Part shown: piece by piece, positions 40,612 through 51,211 of the stretch
Position numbering within the stretch: the stretch's first letter is position 1
Layout of the letters: every line of letters starts with the position of its first letter
Source of the DNA: Alkalispirochaeta sp.
GTDB lineage: Bacteria > Spirochaetota > Spirochaetia > DSM-27196 > Alkalispirochaetaceae
Direction: 5' to 3'
Assembly: GCA_965601925.1 (NCBI GenBank)
Contig: OZ271854.1
Span: 128,001 to 192,000 of the forward strand
DNA: 64,000 bases
Notes under the pieces: generated by a model
Seen by the model: the letters and a program-made list of their open reading frames with translations, nothing else
What the model was told of the DNA's origin: nothing
Database searches by the model: none
Position numbers and translations under genes: made by a program

Positions 40612-41355
40612 ATGAGCAATCGGAGTGCCGTGAAGATACAGCGAAACGAGGCGTTGGGTGAGGCGATCTGGAAGTACGGATGCGGCTCCCGAGCCGAGCG
40701 AGTTCACGCTCATGCCGAGCACTCCGTAGCGTTCGTCGTGCGGGGACGGACGCGTGCGAGGATCGGCTCTACACCGGTCGACCTTCGCGAGGGAGCGTGC
40801 ATCTTCATCCCGGCGGGAACTCCCCATCTATGCGCGCCGGTGGATCCGGCGAGGTTCGTCTACCACGTCGTGTATGCCCATGAATCGGTCGCCGCCGCGT
40901 TCGCTCGGTGCAATGTGTCCGACGACTCCGTTGTTGTCGGGCGCGCACAGCCGTCGGTCGCGGCGGATCTCCACAGCCTTTTTTCAAGCGCCTCGGTTCG
41001 CGAGACCGCTGAGCGCGAACTTCGCGAAATTCTCGCGAAGTGTTTCGCCGAACGCGAGGAATCATACGGTCCGTTTCGCTCCATTCTTCCGCGTATCGCG
41101 CCACATCCGCCGGTGACGGACGATGAGCCGGGGTCGCGATATCGACTCTTTCGGTGGTACAAACGACGGTACGCGATCGGTGTCCACGGCTACATGCAGA
41201 ATGCACGTATCGAAGCATCAAAAATCCTTCTCCGACGCGGTGTATCGGTCGCCCACGCCGCCGCGGAGTGCGACTTCTTCGACCAGAGCCATTTCGCCCG
41301 CACCTTTCGTCTATATACCGGGATGGCGCCTTCGGCATACCGGAACGGCCGGTAG
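40612..41355 (+). CDS. AraC-family regulator
   Basis: Cupin HAHAEH; FFDQSHFARTF. Confidence 0.85.
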   Translation: MSNRSAVKIQRNEALGEAIWKYGCGSRAERVHAHAEHSVAFVVRGRTRARIGSTPVDLREGACIFIPAGTPHLCAPVDPARFVYHVVYAHESVAAAFARCNVSDDSVVVGRAQPSVAADLHSLFSSASVRETAERELREILAKCFAEREESYGPFRSILPRIAPHPPVTDDEPGSRYRLFRWYKRRYAIGVHGYMQNARIEASKILLRRGVSVAHAAAECDFFDQSHFARTFRLYTGMAPSAYRNGR

Positions 41356-41417
41356 GTGCGCACAATTGTACAATGCGCCTCCCTCGTTCACGGTACAAGA
41401 TCGCCGGAGGAGGCTTC

Positions 41418-41813
41418 ATGAAAATCTCAATGGTTGTCGATGGCACGCTCCCCGTCGGTCTGGTTGCAAACTGCACGGCGGTACTGGGTGCCGCACTGGG
41501 CGCTCGGTATCCGGAAATCATCGGGGCGGACACCACGGATCGCACGGGATTGTCGTATCCGGGAATCACGACCGTTCCGATACCGATTCTACGGGCGAGC
41601 CGGGAGGCGCTCGCGGATATCGTCGGTACGGCGTCCGAAACGTCCACCTGTATCGTGTTCACCGATCTCGCCCAACGGTGTCGCACCTACACCGAGTACG
41701 AGCTGCAACTGGGGCAGACCGATATCGAACGAATCGCCGTCGTCGGCCTGTGCCTCATCGGTGACAAACGGACGGTGAATCGTCTGACGGGATCGTTACC
41801 GCTGTACCGATAA
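41418..41813 (+). CDS. DUF2000-like protein
   Basis: LPVGLVANCTAVLG; VNRLTGSLPL; GGAGG RBS. Confidence 0.8.
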   Translation: MKISMVVDGTLPVGLVANCTAVLGAALGARYPEIIGADTTDRTGLSYPGITTVPIPILRASREALADIVGTASETSTCIVFTDLAQRCRTYTEYELQLGQTDIERIAVVGLCLIGDKRTVNRLTGSLPLYR

Positions 41814-42036
41814 CACACGTTCCCGGGGACGTTGCGACAGGCGTCGCACGAAACGCGATATTGATGTACAATGAACGTCTCGCCGCCGCCGTCGGAGGCG
41901 GGGCAGCGCATGCGGTCCGCTCTCGGTACGCGTACGCTGCATGGGGGTCCGGCATGCGACGGCACAACATAGACCTATGCGATGATTGATGAGTAAATCT
42001 ATATTGTAAAGGTGTATATTCCGGGAGGACAGAGAC

Positions 42037-42501
42037 ATGCATTGTAGATTCTACCGAGCCTTAGTGCTCTCCGCGGTCGCTCTTGCGACGGCAACGCACG
42101 CGTGGGCACAGTCCGCAGATCGTATCGACGAGCTACTCGCACAGGAGTCGGCGCAGACCGGTAGTGCGGCGTATCTGATACTTGCCGCTGCACAGCTCAT
42201 AGACGAATCGGCCACACCAACACAGGCGGTCGAGTATGCAATCGCCGAAGGCATGCTTCCCCCGGACACCGGTCTCGACGAGGCCGTCACGTTCGGACGA
42301 TTCTCCTACCTCCTTACGCGCTCATTCGATATCCCGGGCGGTGTGATGTATCGCCTGCTACCCGGCCCGCGCTACGCGGCGCGCGAGGTGGTGTTTCAGG
42401 GTTGGTCGCGCAGACGGCGCGACACCGGCGAGCTCCTCGATGGAGAGACGGTTACGCGTATACTCAGCGTCTATTTGAACGAGCAAGGGGGAACGCAATG
42501 A
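42037..42501 (+). CDS. Secreted hypothetical protein
   Basis: Signal peptide; GGVMYRLLPGPRYAARE. Confidence 0.7.
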   Translation: MHCRFYRALVLSAVALATATHAWAQSADRIDELLAQESAQTGSAAYLILAAAQLIDESATPTQAVEYAIAEGMLPPDTGLDEAVTFGRFSYLLTRSFDIPGGVMYRLLPGPRYAAREVVFQGWSRRRRDTGELLDGETVTRILSVYLNEQGGTQ

Positions 42502-43880
42502 GGGCACGGAGCATAAAAGGGTCGTTTCCCCGAGGGATCGTAACGTTTCTCTTCCTTGTCGGCTTCGTCCCCGCGCTGTTCGCCTTCGACTGGGGCGGCA
42601 GCATCACGACGATAAACACTTCGCAGGCGGTCGCCGAGGGGTCGGACGACGATACATTCATCAATCGGGAAAAGCTCGTGATGTATCTAACCGGCAACAT
42701 CGGCTCAACGAGGGAGTACGTGACGCAACTCGGCCTCCTCTTCGATTCCGAGGAGCCGACGTTTGCCGTCGATATCGAACGCTTGTTCATACAGAATACC
42801 CGGACGCCGGAGAGCGAGTCGGTGGTACGCCTGGTAACGCGGCTCGGCCGTTTCAACGTTTCGGACCCCATCGGATACATCGTCCGCCACCCGGTGGACG
42901 GCGGAGCGATCGTGGTCAGCGGCAGGCGATGGGACCTGGACCTGAGCGCCGGCACGACGGCGTTGGTCAACAGATCGTTCAGTAACGCGTCCATGAGTAT
43001 CCGCGACGAGGTAGATATCGAGGACGAAGACGAATACTTCGGCCCGGGGCGCTTCATCGGTATCGTACGGCTCGGTCTTCCCGATATCGTTCCGACGCAG
43101 AATGTCGGTTTTTCCATTATCGCCCAAGAGGACATGCGCGATCCCTCTTCGGTCGTTCAGGAGGGGGATGAGCCGACCGATGTCGATGAGGCCGGCGGCG
43201 TCCTCGACACGCAGTACCTTCTGGTAACGATCGACGGGACGATCGTGGGCAACCTCTTCTACGAGGTGGGGTACGCGTTGGGTCTCGGACGAACCTTGAG
43301 CCTTATCGAGGACGAGGCGGCGGTCGGCGGCGAGGCGTATCGTTACGAACAGATTCGCTCGCACTTGGTAAGTGCGGGAGTCGAGTACTATCTCACCGAT
43401 TTTCTCTCTTCGGTAGTACGCGCAGGCGTAACCGTCACGACCGGCGACGACGACTACTCCTCATACACCGAAGGCAATACCGACGGCTACGCGACCATGT
43501 TCACACCGATCGCGGGACGCAGCGCCGGAGCGGTTTTCGGCCTCCAACCTGGAAACGCGACCATTGTCGATCTATCTTATGTATTAAGGCCGTTCGGAGG
43601 CGCGACGAGTTCTTTCCTGAGTGAGTTTCAGACCGAAGCGTCGTTCTACAGCTTCTTTCGCACCGCGGGGTCCGGTCCGGTGTCGGTCTCCGAGGTAGAC
43701 GCCTCTACCGACGAGGTGTATCTGGGAAGCGAAGTCGACGTCGCGTTGCGCTTTCGACCGTATAGCGATTTCGGGTTCGGCCTTACGACCGGAGTATTCG
43801 TAGGAAACGAGAGCGCACTGCTCGACGAGGTCGACAGTCTCGACTGGATCGTTCGCCTCCAGGCCTCGCTGAGCTTTTAG
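42498..43880 (+). CDS. Putative outer-membrane beta-barrel protein
   Basis: Signal peptide; amphipathic strands; C-terminal LQASLSF. Confidence 0.7.
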   Translation: MRARSIKGSFPRGIVTFLFLVGFVPALFAFDWGGSITTINTSQAVAEGSDDDTFINREKLVMYLTGNIGSTREYVTQLGLLFDSEEPTFAVDIERLFIQNTRTPESESVVRLVTRLGRFNVSDPIGYIVRHPVDGGAIVVSGRRWDLDLSAGTTALVNRSFSNASMSIRDEVDIEDEDEYFGPGRFIGIVRLGLPDIVPTQNVGFSIIAQEDMRDPSSVVQEGDEPTDVDEAGGVLDTQYLLVTIDGTIVGNLFYEVGYALGLGRTLSLIEDEAAVGGEAYRYEQIRSHLVSAGVEYYLTDFLSSVVRAGVTVTTGDDDYSSYTEGNTDGYATMFTPIAGRSAGAVFGLQPGNATIVDLSYVLRPFGGATSSFLSEFQTEASFYSFFRTAGSGPVSVSEVDASTDEVYLGSEVDVALRFRPYSDFGFGLTTGVFVGNESALLDEVDSLDWIVRLQASLSF

Positions 43881-43902
43881 GTGAAAAGAGGGGGATCAAG
43901 AT

Positions 43903-44571
43903 ATGAGGATACGCATGATAGCGATCGCGATGCTGGTACTCATTGCCGCGACCGGTTGGACGCAGGCGGAGTTCACCGCGGTCAACGGACGCGTGGAAGT
44001 CCGTGCATCGTCGGCCCGCGAGTGGTCGCCTGCCGAAGTAGGAATGCGCATCGACGCCAACACGATGATCTCGACCGGTTTCGACGCCTCGGCGGTGTTG
44101 GCCATGGGAGCGTCGACGGTACGGGTGGCGCAGCTCACACGGATGGAGTTCGAAGAGATCGTCGAAGAGCCCGATGCGGTTCGAACCAATCTCAACCTCA
44201 ATGTGGGACGGATGAGCGCGCAGGTGCGCTCGGTCGACGATCGTCGCCAGGATTTTCGCGTTCGTAGTCCGATCGCGACCGCGTCGGTACGCGGAACGTC
44301 ATTCACATTCGACGGCGAGCGTCTCGAGGTAGAGGAGGGACAGGTTTCGTTCTCCAATAGTAACAATCAAAGCCGATCGGTAAGTGCGGGACAGTCGAGC
44401 ACGACCACGGGCGACGAGCCGCCCGCCTCCCCGTCGAATCAGGCCGGAGAAGATGTGACGGTGGATATCGCTCCCGTCGGTGCCGGTAGCGACGACGAGC
44501 CCGACACCGGTGCGGCTACCGAAGGTGGCGGCCAGTCCACGCGCGGAACCGTCACGACCGAGATCAATTAG
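43903..44571 (+). CDS. FecR-domain periplasmic protein
   Basis: ISTGFDASAVL; SPIATASVRGTSF. Confidence 0.8.
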   Translation: MRIRMIAIAMLVLIAATGWTQAEFTAVNGRVEVRASSAREWSPAEVGMRIDANTMISTGFDASAVLAMGASTVRVAQLTRMEFEEIVEEPDAVRTNLNLNVGRMSAQVRSVDDRRQDFRVRSPIATASVRGTSFTFDGERLEVEEGQVSFSNSNNQSRSVSAGQSSTTTGDEPPASPSNQAGEDVTVDIAPVGAGSDDEPDTGAATEGGGQSTRGTVTTEIN

Positions 44572-44580
44572 GGGGCGCGT

Positions 44581-46089
44581 ATGAATGCGAAACATATAGG
44601 ACGGATTGCAGCGGGATGCGCACTTCTCGTGCTCCTCGGCTCGTGTATGATTGCGGGCGGGGACGACGATACGGGAGGCGTGCGGATCGGGCTGCCGGTC
44701 GTCGGGAGCTCCGCGGTGAGCAGCGGCGTCGATACGGCGCGCGTCTGGCTCTACACTGCAAGTAACCTCGAGTACGGAATCTCCGGCGGCGCGGCCCGCC
44801 TACCCGACGACAGTGCGAACTACGCTCAGGCGAGTCTCACCGCCGCGGGTGGAGAGGTGGTCATTGACGACATACCCGCGGGCGACGGATATCGCCTGGT
44901 CGTAGTGCTCGGCACGCTCGACGGGAGCGTTTTCACGCCGATCGACGTTGCCGAGAGCGACGCGTTCGAGATAGCCGGCGGCAGAGAGACTCGCCTCTCC
45001 CTCACCGCCGCTCTTGCGGGACCGTTGACCACGGCATTAGAGGGTATCGCCCTCAACGCGGTAGTGGAGACGCGCATCAGCGCCTCGGATATCGTGTTTT
45101 CCAGTTCGACCTCCACGGTCTACCAAGATCCGTTCAGTTCCGACACCTCCTACGGGGTGGGTGACTACTTCGGTACCGCACAGACGATCAACAGCGTCAG
45201 CGTGGGTCGATTTTCCGCCGGCAATGAAGCCACGTTCGTTAACACCGACACCGGTGTATACTCGATCGTCTCAGGCGGTTCGCCGGCGACGATCAACACG
45301 GCGCTCGCGGATTCGATGACGTCCGCCGGTATCGCCGATATCGTCGATTCGGGCGCGTTCTATGACGACGCCTCGGGTGATACGATCATCTATTATGAAC
45401 GTCTCGGGGGAATCGGCGGCGCGTCACTGACGGATCTTGCCTTCGGCGGATTGGCGGCCGACGCGTGGGAAGATTCGGGGGACGATTTAGGCGACTACAT
45501 CGACGAGGACGAGAGCCCGGTGCGAGCCGCAGCCAACAACACAACCGACACGGCCTACATCGCGAGCGTCCTCGGTACATTCGCCGTCACCCAAGAGTAC
45601 TACGAAACCGATTTCGATGCCGGCGCGATCATCGCCGGGAACGATGAGGCGGGTTTGACCTTCTGGGGAGTGGCATACCCGGGAAACGACCGCCCTCTGC
45701 GCATCACGCAGCTCGGATACATCGAGACCGACGGCGGGGAGTACTTGGCCGTCGGCACACCGCGCGGGGCCTTTACCTTTCCCGTCTCGGCAATCGCGCG
45801 CGCCTCGGACAACGGCGGTCTCATACCGGCGGATGACGTTACGCAGATAGCGTCGCTTATCGATCAGCCGATCCTCGATCTTTCGGTTAATGACGGGTAC
45901 GCGGCGTTTCTCACCGCGCGTTCACTCACGGTCACGGACGCGCTCACGGCCGATTTAACGGAACTTTATTCCAAACCGTTGCGCTCCGTGACGCTGGGGG
46001 CACCGAGTGACGTGTTTGTCGCCGCCGACGGGAGTGCGCCGGTGGTGTATATCGCCGGGAGCACCGGATTGACGAGCGTCACCGAGTAA
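44581..46089 (+). CDS. Acidic beta-rich lipoprotein
   Basis: Lipobox LLGSC; 502-aa ORF. Confidence 0.75.
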   Translation: MNAKHIGRIAAGCALLVLLGSCMIAGGDDDTGGVRIGLPVVGSSAVSSGVDTARVWLYTASNLEYGISGGAARLPDDSANYAQASLTAAGGEVVIDDIPAGDGYRLVVVLGTLDGSVFTPIDVAESDAFEIAGGRETRLSLTAALAGPLTTALEGIALNAVVETRISASDIVFSSSTSTVYQDPFSSDTSYGVGDYFGTAQTINSVSVGRFSAGNEATFVNTDTGVYSIVSGGSPATINTALADSMTSAGIADIVDSGAFYDDASGDTIIYYERLGGIGGASLTDLAFGGLAADAWEDSGDDLGDYIDEDESPVRAAANNTTDTAYIASVLGTFAVTQEYYETDFDAGAIIAGNDEAGLTFWGVAYPGNDRPLRITQLGYIETDGGEYLAVGTPRGAFTFPVSAIARASDNGGLIPADDVTQIASLIDQPILDLSVNDGYAAFLTARSLTVTDALTADLTELYSKPLRSVTLGAPSDVFVAADGSAPVVYIAGSTGLTSVTE

Positions 46090-46143
46090 GGAAGGACGGT
46101 ACAGGCCTCCCGCCGAGGAATAGACGGCGGGCATACGGACCAC

Positions 46144-46175
46144 AAAAGGGGACGCTCAATGCGTCCCCTTTTTTT
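46144..46175. terminator. Bidirectional intrinsic terminator
   Basis: AAAAGGGGACGC-TCAAT-GCGTCCCCTTTTTTT between convergent genes. Confidence 0.85.
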
Positions 46176-46353
46176 GCACTCCTGGAAACCGAGGCGGGAG
46201 AATACCCTCGTCGGTCGTTCTCCCCGAAGATTTGTGCGCCGTGTCGTATGCCGTTAACCGCGTGTCACTCGGAACACGGCATGGCGCGTCGGGCGAGAGG
46301 ACGTAGTCTACGGCTTCGTACGCGCCGGCCCTCACGAGAAAGGGCGGCCGCTC

Positions 46354-47361
46354 CTAAATGTGCAGTCTCATACCGATGATGCCGCCGTAGGCCCGCGTAT
46401 CTACAGCGTAATTCAGGTGCAGAAAAAGATTCAAAATCGCGAGTTTGATATCGGAACCGGCGTTGATCACCACGTTGAAATCGTTGAAATCCTGCTCGGA
46501 GAGCGGCTCGACCGACGGGGCCGTCGGGTCCGCGGAGTTGTTGATGTTGGCCGAAAAGTCGTCGGCCCCGGCGCGATACGTCGAGCGTTGGAAGTATCCA
46601 CTGACACCGATAAACGGGTAGGTAACGCGCAAGAATCGCGTCGATGCGCGCGCATCGATACCGATCGAATGGGTCTGCGCCTCGAACGTGATATCCCCGT
46701 TGAGATCGAGGGTCGTCTCACTCGCACCGGAACCGGTGGTAATCGGGTCGAGCTCCTCTAAATCGTACGAAAAATCTATCATGCTGAACACGTAGCCGAG
46801 ACCGACCGAGATCGCCGGGACGCCGTCCTGCTGTTCTACGAGCACTTTTCGAGCCCGCGTGCCGATGGTGGTAATCGTGGCGTCTACGCCGTCGACCGGG
46901 ATGAGCCCGCTCGCGGCCGCCGGCACGAGCCCAACCTGGAAATCGAGCTCATATCCACCGACGAGTCCTACGCCGAACGTGGCGCGCATGCTGGGATACG
47001 GAGCATAATTGTCGGTGACGTCGCGCACGCTCGAATCGTTGAGCCCCGCTTCGTCCAGGAAGGTGTCGATAAGGGCGAAGTTCTCAAACTTGGCCTCGTC
47101 GTCGGTAAACTCCAGCACACCCGGCGCTACGGTCGCGCCGGTAGAGAGAGAGAAATACATACGGGGGAAATCTCCCAACTCCGCGCTTCCCAATCCGTGA
47201 TTGAGAACCGACGCCGTCTGCAAGTTGGGCATGATCTCCTCTCCCAACTCTTCGAACACGGTCTGCAGATCGGTGGAAAGCTGATCCAGGGCCGACTGTG
47301 CGTACACGGTCGTCGTGAGAACAGCAAAACAGATACTCGCTACAACGCTTTTTCGCCACAC
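46354..47361 (-). CDS. Putative outer-membrane / surface protein
   Basis: Signal peptide; C-terminal amphipathic beta-strands. Confidence 0.65.
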   Translation of the reverse strand: MWRKSVVASICFAVLTTTVYAQSALDQLSTDLQTVFEELGEEIMPNLQTASVLNHGLGSAELGDFPRMYFSLSTGATVAPGVLEFTDDEAKFENFALIDTFLDEAGLNDSSVRDVTDNYAPYPSMRATFGVGLVGGYELDFQVGLVPAAASGLIPVDGVDATITTIGTRARKVLVEQQDGVPAISVGLGYVFSMIDFSYDLEELDPITTGSGASETTLDLNGDITFEAQTHSIGIDARASTRFLRVTYPFIGVSGYFQRSTYRAGADDFSANINNSADPTAPSVEPLSEQDFNDFNVVINAGSDIKLAILNLFLHLNYAVDTRAYGGIIGMRLHI

Positions 47362-47554
47362 AATACACCCCCTGTAACGCGGCCTTCATAGTAATGTACC
47401 CGAATATCGCCGTGGTATCCAATTGTTTTCATCAACTTTGGACGGCGCATCGCTCCCTCGGTGCAAAACAGCGCCTGATAACGGAGCACGGGCGGTTCGG
47501 GCGACCGTCAGGCGTAGGCCGATCCCGCGGCGCGCAACGATACGTACTCCGGCA

Positions 47555-48181
47555 TTACGACACCAGGGCGACCGCCTCGCGCGAGACCGACTCAATGCGC
47601 GCGAAGTCGCCTTCGGCGATCCAATCGTGCCTGACCATCCAGCTTCCGCCGCACGCCGCGACGCTCGGGAGCGCGAGATAATCGGCGAGATTGGCGGCGT
47701 TGATACCGCCGGTAGGCACGAAGGAGACCTCCGGAAAAACCGCCGCGACCGACTTGAGGAATCCCGCTCCCCCGGCGTGCTCGGCGGGGAAAAACTTGAG
47801 TACGTCGAGCCCGTATGACACGGCGCGCTCGATCTCGGTCGGGGTAATGGTACCCGGTATGTGGGGGATTCCGCGCTTAGCCGCATGCTCGACGATGTCG
47901 GGGTCGAAGCCCGGAGCGACGAGAAACTCGGCACCCCCGTCGATCGCCCAATCGATCTGCTCGACGGTTCGCACCGTGCCGGCGCCGACGCGCAGGTCTC
48001 CCGACGCATCGCGGCAACGCTTGATCGCCTCGGCGGCGGCGGCGGTGCGAAACGTGATCTCGATTACGGTGATACCCGCGGCAACGAGAGCGCGTCCTAC
48101 ATCGGGGGCACGAACGGCGTCCTCGATCTTCACGACCGGCACGATTTTATTGGTTCCCAGAAGCTCGATAACGGACTGCAT
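47555..48181 (-). CDS. eda: KDPG/KHG aldolase
   Basis: EITFRT; GAGTV; LKFFPAE; PTGGI. Confidence 0.92.
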   Translation of the reverse strand: MQSVIELLGTNKIVPVVKIEDAVRAPDVGRALVAAGITVIEITFRTAAAAEAIKRCRDASGDLRVGAGTVRTVEQIDWAIDGGAEFLVAPGFDPDIVEHAAKRGIPHIPGTITPTEIERAVSYGLDVLKFFPAEHAGGAGFLKSVAAVFPEVSFVPTGGINAANLADYLALPSVAACGGSWMVRHDWIAEGDFARIESVSREAVALVS

Positions 48182-48200
48182 ACCAGGTGACCTCCAGCGA

Positions 48201-49997
48201 TTATACGTCGATGAGATTGTCCATAATGAACTCCCGCCGCTCGGGAGTATTCTTCCCCATGTAGAACTCCAACGTCTCCTGTATCCCCTTGATCGTCTTG
48301 ACGTTGACCGGCACGAGGCGCATGTCGGCACTGATGAACTGACCGAACTCCTTGGGTGATATCTCGCCCAACCCCTTGAAGCGCGTCACCTCGGCGCCGC
48401 GAATCTCCTCGAGTGCCGCGTTGCGCTCCGAGGCGGAGTAGCAATAGCGCGTCTCGCGTTTGTTGCGCACGCGAAAAAGGGGGGTCTCCAGGATGTGTAC
48501 GTGCCCGGCCACGACCAGCTCCTCGAAGTACTGCAGAAAGAAGGTGAGCAAAAGGTTCCGAATGTGAAAACCGTCGTGGTCGGCGTCGGTGGTGATCACG
48601 ATACGGTTGTAGCGTAGGCCGGATACGTCTTCTTCGATACCGAGGGCCATCATCATGTTGTACAGCTCCTCGTTGCGATAGATGTCGCTCCGCTTTTTGG
48701 CAAACATATTCTGCGGCTTGCCGCGGAGGCTGAATATCGCCTGAGTATACACGTCCCGCGACGCGACCATGCTGCCGGTGGCGCTATCGCCCTCGGTGAT
48801 GAAGATTGTACTCTGTCCGGCCAGATCGTGACGGTCGCCGAGGTGGTACTTGCAGTCCTTGAGCTTGGGAATCTTGAGGGCGATCTTCTTCGCCGCCTCC
48901 CGGCTCTCCTTGCGTACCGCGTTGAGCTCTTTGCGCAACTTCTCGTTCTGCGTGATTTTCTGCTCGAGACCCTTCGCCGCGTCCTTGTTTTTGTGAAGAA
49001 AGTCCACGACCGCCGCCTTGACCTCGCCGACGATCCAGCTCCGGACATCGGAGTTACCCAACTTGTTTTTCGTCTGTCCCTCGAACTGCGGATCCTTGAG
49101 GCGAATGGCGATCGCCCCGGCAATCCCCTCTCTCACGTCCTCACCGGCGTAGTTCTTTCTGTAGAACTCGTTGGCGCCCTTCAGGATCCCCTCACGAAAG
49201 GCGCTTTGGTGCGTGCCTCCGTCTGAGGTGTACTGTCCGTTGACGAACGACCAATGCGTCTCTCCGTAGTTGGTCGTGTGGGTAAAGGCGAACTCCAATC
49301 GATCGGCCCTGAGGTAGGCGATCTCGTAGAGCGCCTTGTCTCCCACCTCGGCGTCCAACAAGTCCCGTAAGCCCCCTTCGGAAACGATACGCTCTTTGTT
49401 GTACACGATGGTGAGTCCGGCGTTGAGATAGGCGTAGTTCCACAACCGCTGCAGGATGAACTCCTCGTTGAACTCGTACTCGCCGAAGAGCTCGCGATCC
49501 GGACGAAACTGTACCCACGTGCCGTCGCGATGCTTGTCGGTCTTACCCTTCTTCTCGCGTTTGAGCACTCCGCGCTCGAACGCCGCCTCGGCAAAGCGCC
49601 CCTCGCGGAATGAGGCGGCGTGGAAGTGCTCCGAGAGGGCGTTGACCGCCTTCGTGCCGACACCGTTGAGGCCGACGGAAAATTGAAAGACCTCGTCGTT
49701 GTACTTTGCGCCGGTATTGATCTGACTCACCGCGTCGGTGAGTTTTCCCAACGGGATACCGCGGCCGTAGTCGCGCACGGTCACCGTCCCGTCGCCGTCG
49801 CGCTTTATCTCGATCCGCTTTCCGTGTCCCATGATAAACTCGTCGATCGCGTTGTCCACCACCTCTTTGAGGAGAATGTAAATACCGTCGTCAAAGTTGC
49901 CGCCGTCACCGAGACGGCCGATATACATGCCGCTTCGCAGGCGAATGTGTTCCAGGCTTGAGAGCGTCTTTATCGTACTTTCGTCATACTTGGCCAT
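48201..49997 (-). CDS. parE: DNA topoisomerase IV subunit B
   Basis: EVVDNAIDE; GLNGVG; TEGDSA; DADHDG; RFKGLGE. Confidence 0.9.
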   Translation of the reverse strand: MAKYDESTIKTLSSLEHIRLRSGMYIGRLGDGGNFDDGIYILLKEVVDNAIDEFIMGHGKRIEIKRDGDGTVTVRDYGRGIPLGKLTDAVSQINTGAKYNDEVFQFSVGLNGVGTKAVNALSEHFHAASFREGRFAEAAFERGVLKREKKGKTDKHRDGTWVQFRPDRELFGEYEFNEEFILQRLWNYAYLNAGLTIVYNKERIVSEGGLRDLLDAEVGDKALYEIAYLRADRLEFAFTHTTNYGETHWSFVNGQYTSDGGTHQSAFREGILKGANEFYRKNYAGEDVREGIAGAIAIRLKDPQFEGQTKNKLGNSDVRSWIVGEVKAAVVDFLHKNKDAAKGLEQKITQNEKLRKELNAVRKESREAAKKIALKIPKLKDCKYHLGDRHDLAGQSTIFITEGDSATGSMVASRDVYTQAIFSLRGKPQNMFAKKRSDIYRNEELYNMMMALGIEEDVSGLRYNRIVITTDADHDGFHIRNLLLTFFLQYFEELVVAGHVHILETPLFRVRNKRETRYCYSASERNAALEEIRGAEVTRFKGLGEISPKEFGQFISADMRLVPVNVKTIKGIQETLEFYMGKNTPERREFIMDNLIDV

Positions 49998-50101
49998 CGG
50001 GGTGTGAGAATAGCACAAAGGACGGCCTCGGACCAGCGAGACGTAGACCCGAAAACCCGCGCGGTTGGTGATCTTCGTCGCGTTAGACTACCTTATGAAG
50101 T

Positions 50102-51211
50102 ATGACCGAAGTGTGGGATGTAATAGTAGTCGGCGCAGGAATGGCGGGGCTGGCCGCGGCACACGAGCTTTCATCGGCGGGGCTGCGCGTCTTGGTGATA
50201 GACAAAGGGCGGCAAGTCGGCGGGCGCATGGCAAACCGGCGATTTCGGGGGATGCGTTTCGATACGGCGGCCCAGTTCTTCACCGCCCTCAGTGACGAGT
50301 TCTCCGAGTTGGTCGATCGAGCCGCCGAGGGGGGCGTTGTGGAACGGTGGTTTACCAAGCCGCCGCGTTCGTCGCGACAGGGTACCATTCCGGCGTGGCG
50401 CGGGGTCGACGCCATGACGGACCTTCCCAAATGGCTCGCCGCGTCGCTGCAGTCGCCCGAGGGGGAGGGCTCCGAGCCCGTGTCATTCGTACTGTCGCGC
50501 CGCGTGCTCTCCGTCTCGACGGTGGCGGGCGGTTTCGAACTCTCCGTTGCGCCTCCGGAGCACCGCGAAGCGGTGAGCGACACCTCGCCGGCATTCGCGA
50601 CCAGGAGCGTCATCCTCACCGCCCCGATCGATCAAGCGCGCCCCCTCGTGCCGAGCGAGATACCGTTGCCGCAGGGACTCGATCAGCTCTCATACCATCC
50701 GGGGTTGGCACTGCTACTCGAACTGGATAAGTATCCGTGCGGGATCATGGCTCGAGAGCACTACAGACGCTTTTTCTTCTGCGACGTGGAGTGGATCGCC
50801 GACAATCTTCGCAAAGGTCTCAGACCGGAATCCGAGGAGACTCTCTCCGGGGAACGATCCTACCTGACGGTGCATTTTTCCCCGGAGGTGAGTAGCGAAC
50901 TCTACGATCTCCGTCTCGACCGACTCGCGGGAAGCTTGGTCGAGCGTCTGGTAACGACGACGCTTCCCGAGGTCGACACCGAGGCGCAAGAGGCGTTGCG
51001 CGAGCTCGTACGCCGCGCCGCCGACCGCGGAGCGATACAGGTCAAGAAGTGGCGCTACGCACGCCCCGTGGCCGTCTGGCTCGAGTCCTCGGTACTTCTG
51101 GAACCGGGCATCGCGCTGGCCGGCGATACCTTCGGCGGCCCGCGCGTCGAGGGCGCGTTCCTCAGTGGACTGGACGCCGCGCGGTCGTTACGGGAGACGT
51201 ATTTATCGTGA
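50102..51211 (+). CDS. Renalase-like FAD-dependent oxidoreductase
   Basis: GAGMAG; DKGRQVGGRMA; WRYARP; VEGAFLSG. Confidence 0.85.
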   Translation: MTEVWDVIVVGAGMAGLAAAHELSSAGLRVLVIDKGRQVGGRMANRRFRGMRFDTAAQFFTALSDEFSELVDRAAEGGVVERWFTKPPRSSRQGTIPAWRGVDAMTDLPKWLAASLQSPEGEGSEPVSFVLSRRVLSVSTVAGGFELSVAPPEHREAVSDTSPAFATRSVILTAPIDQARPLVPSEIPLPQGLDQLSYHPGLALLLELDKYPCGIMAREHYRRFFFCDVEWIADNLRKGLRPESEETLSGERSYLTVHFSPEVSSELYDLRLDRLAGSLVERLVTTTLPEVDTEAQEALRELVRRAADRGAIQVKKWRYARPVAVWLESSVLLEPGIALAGDTFGGPRVEGAFLSGLDAARSLRETYLS

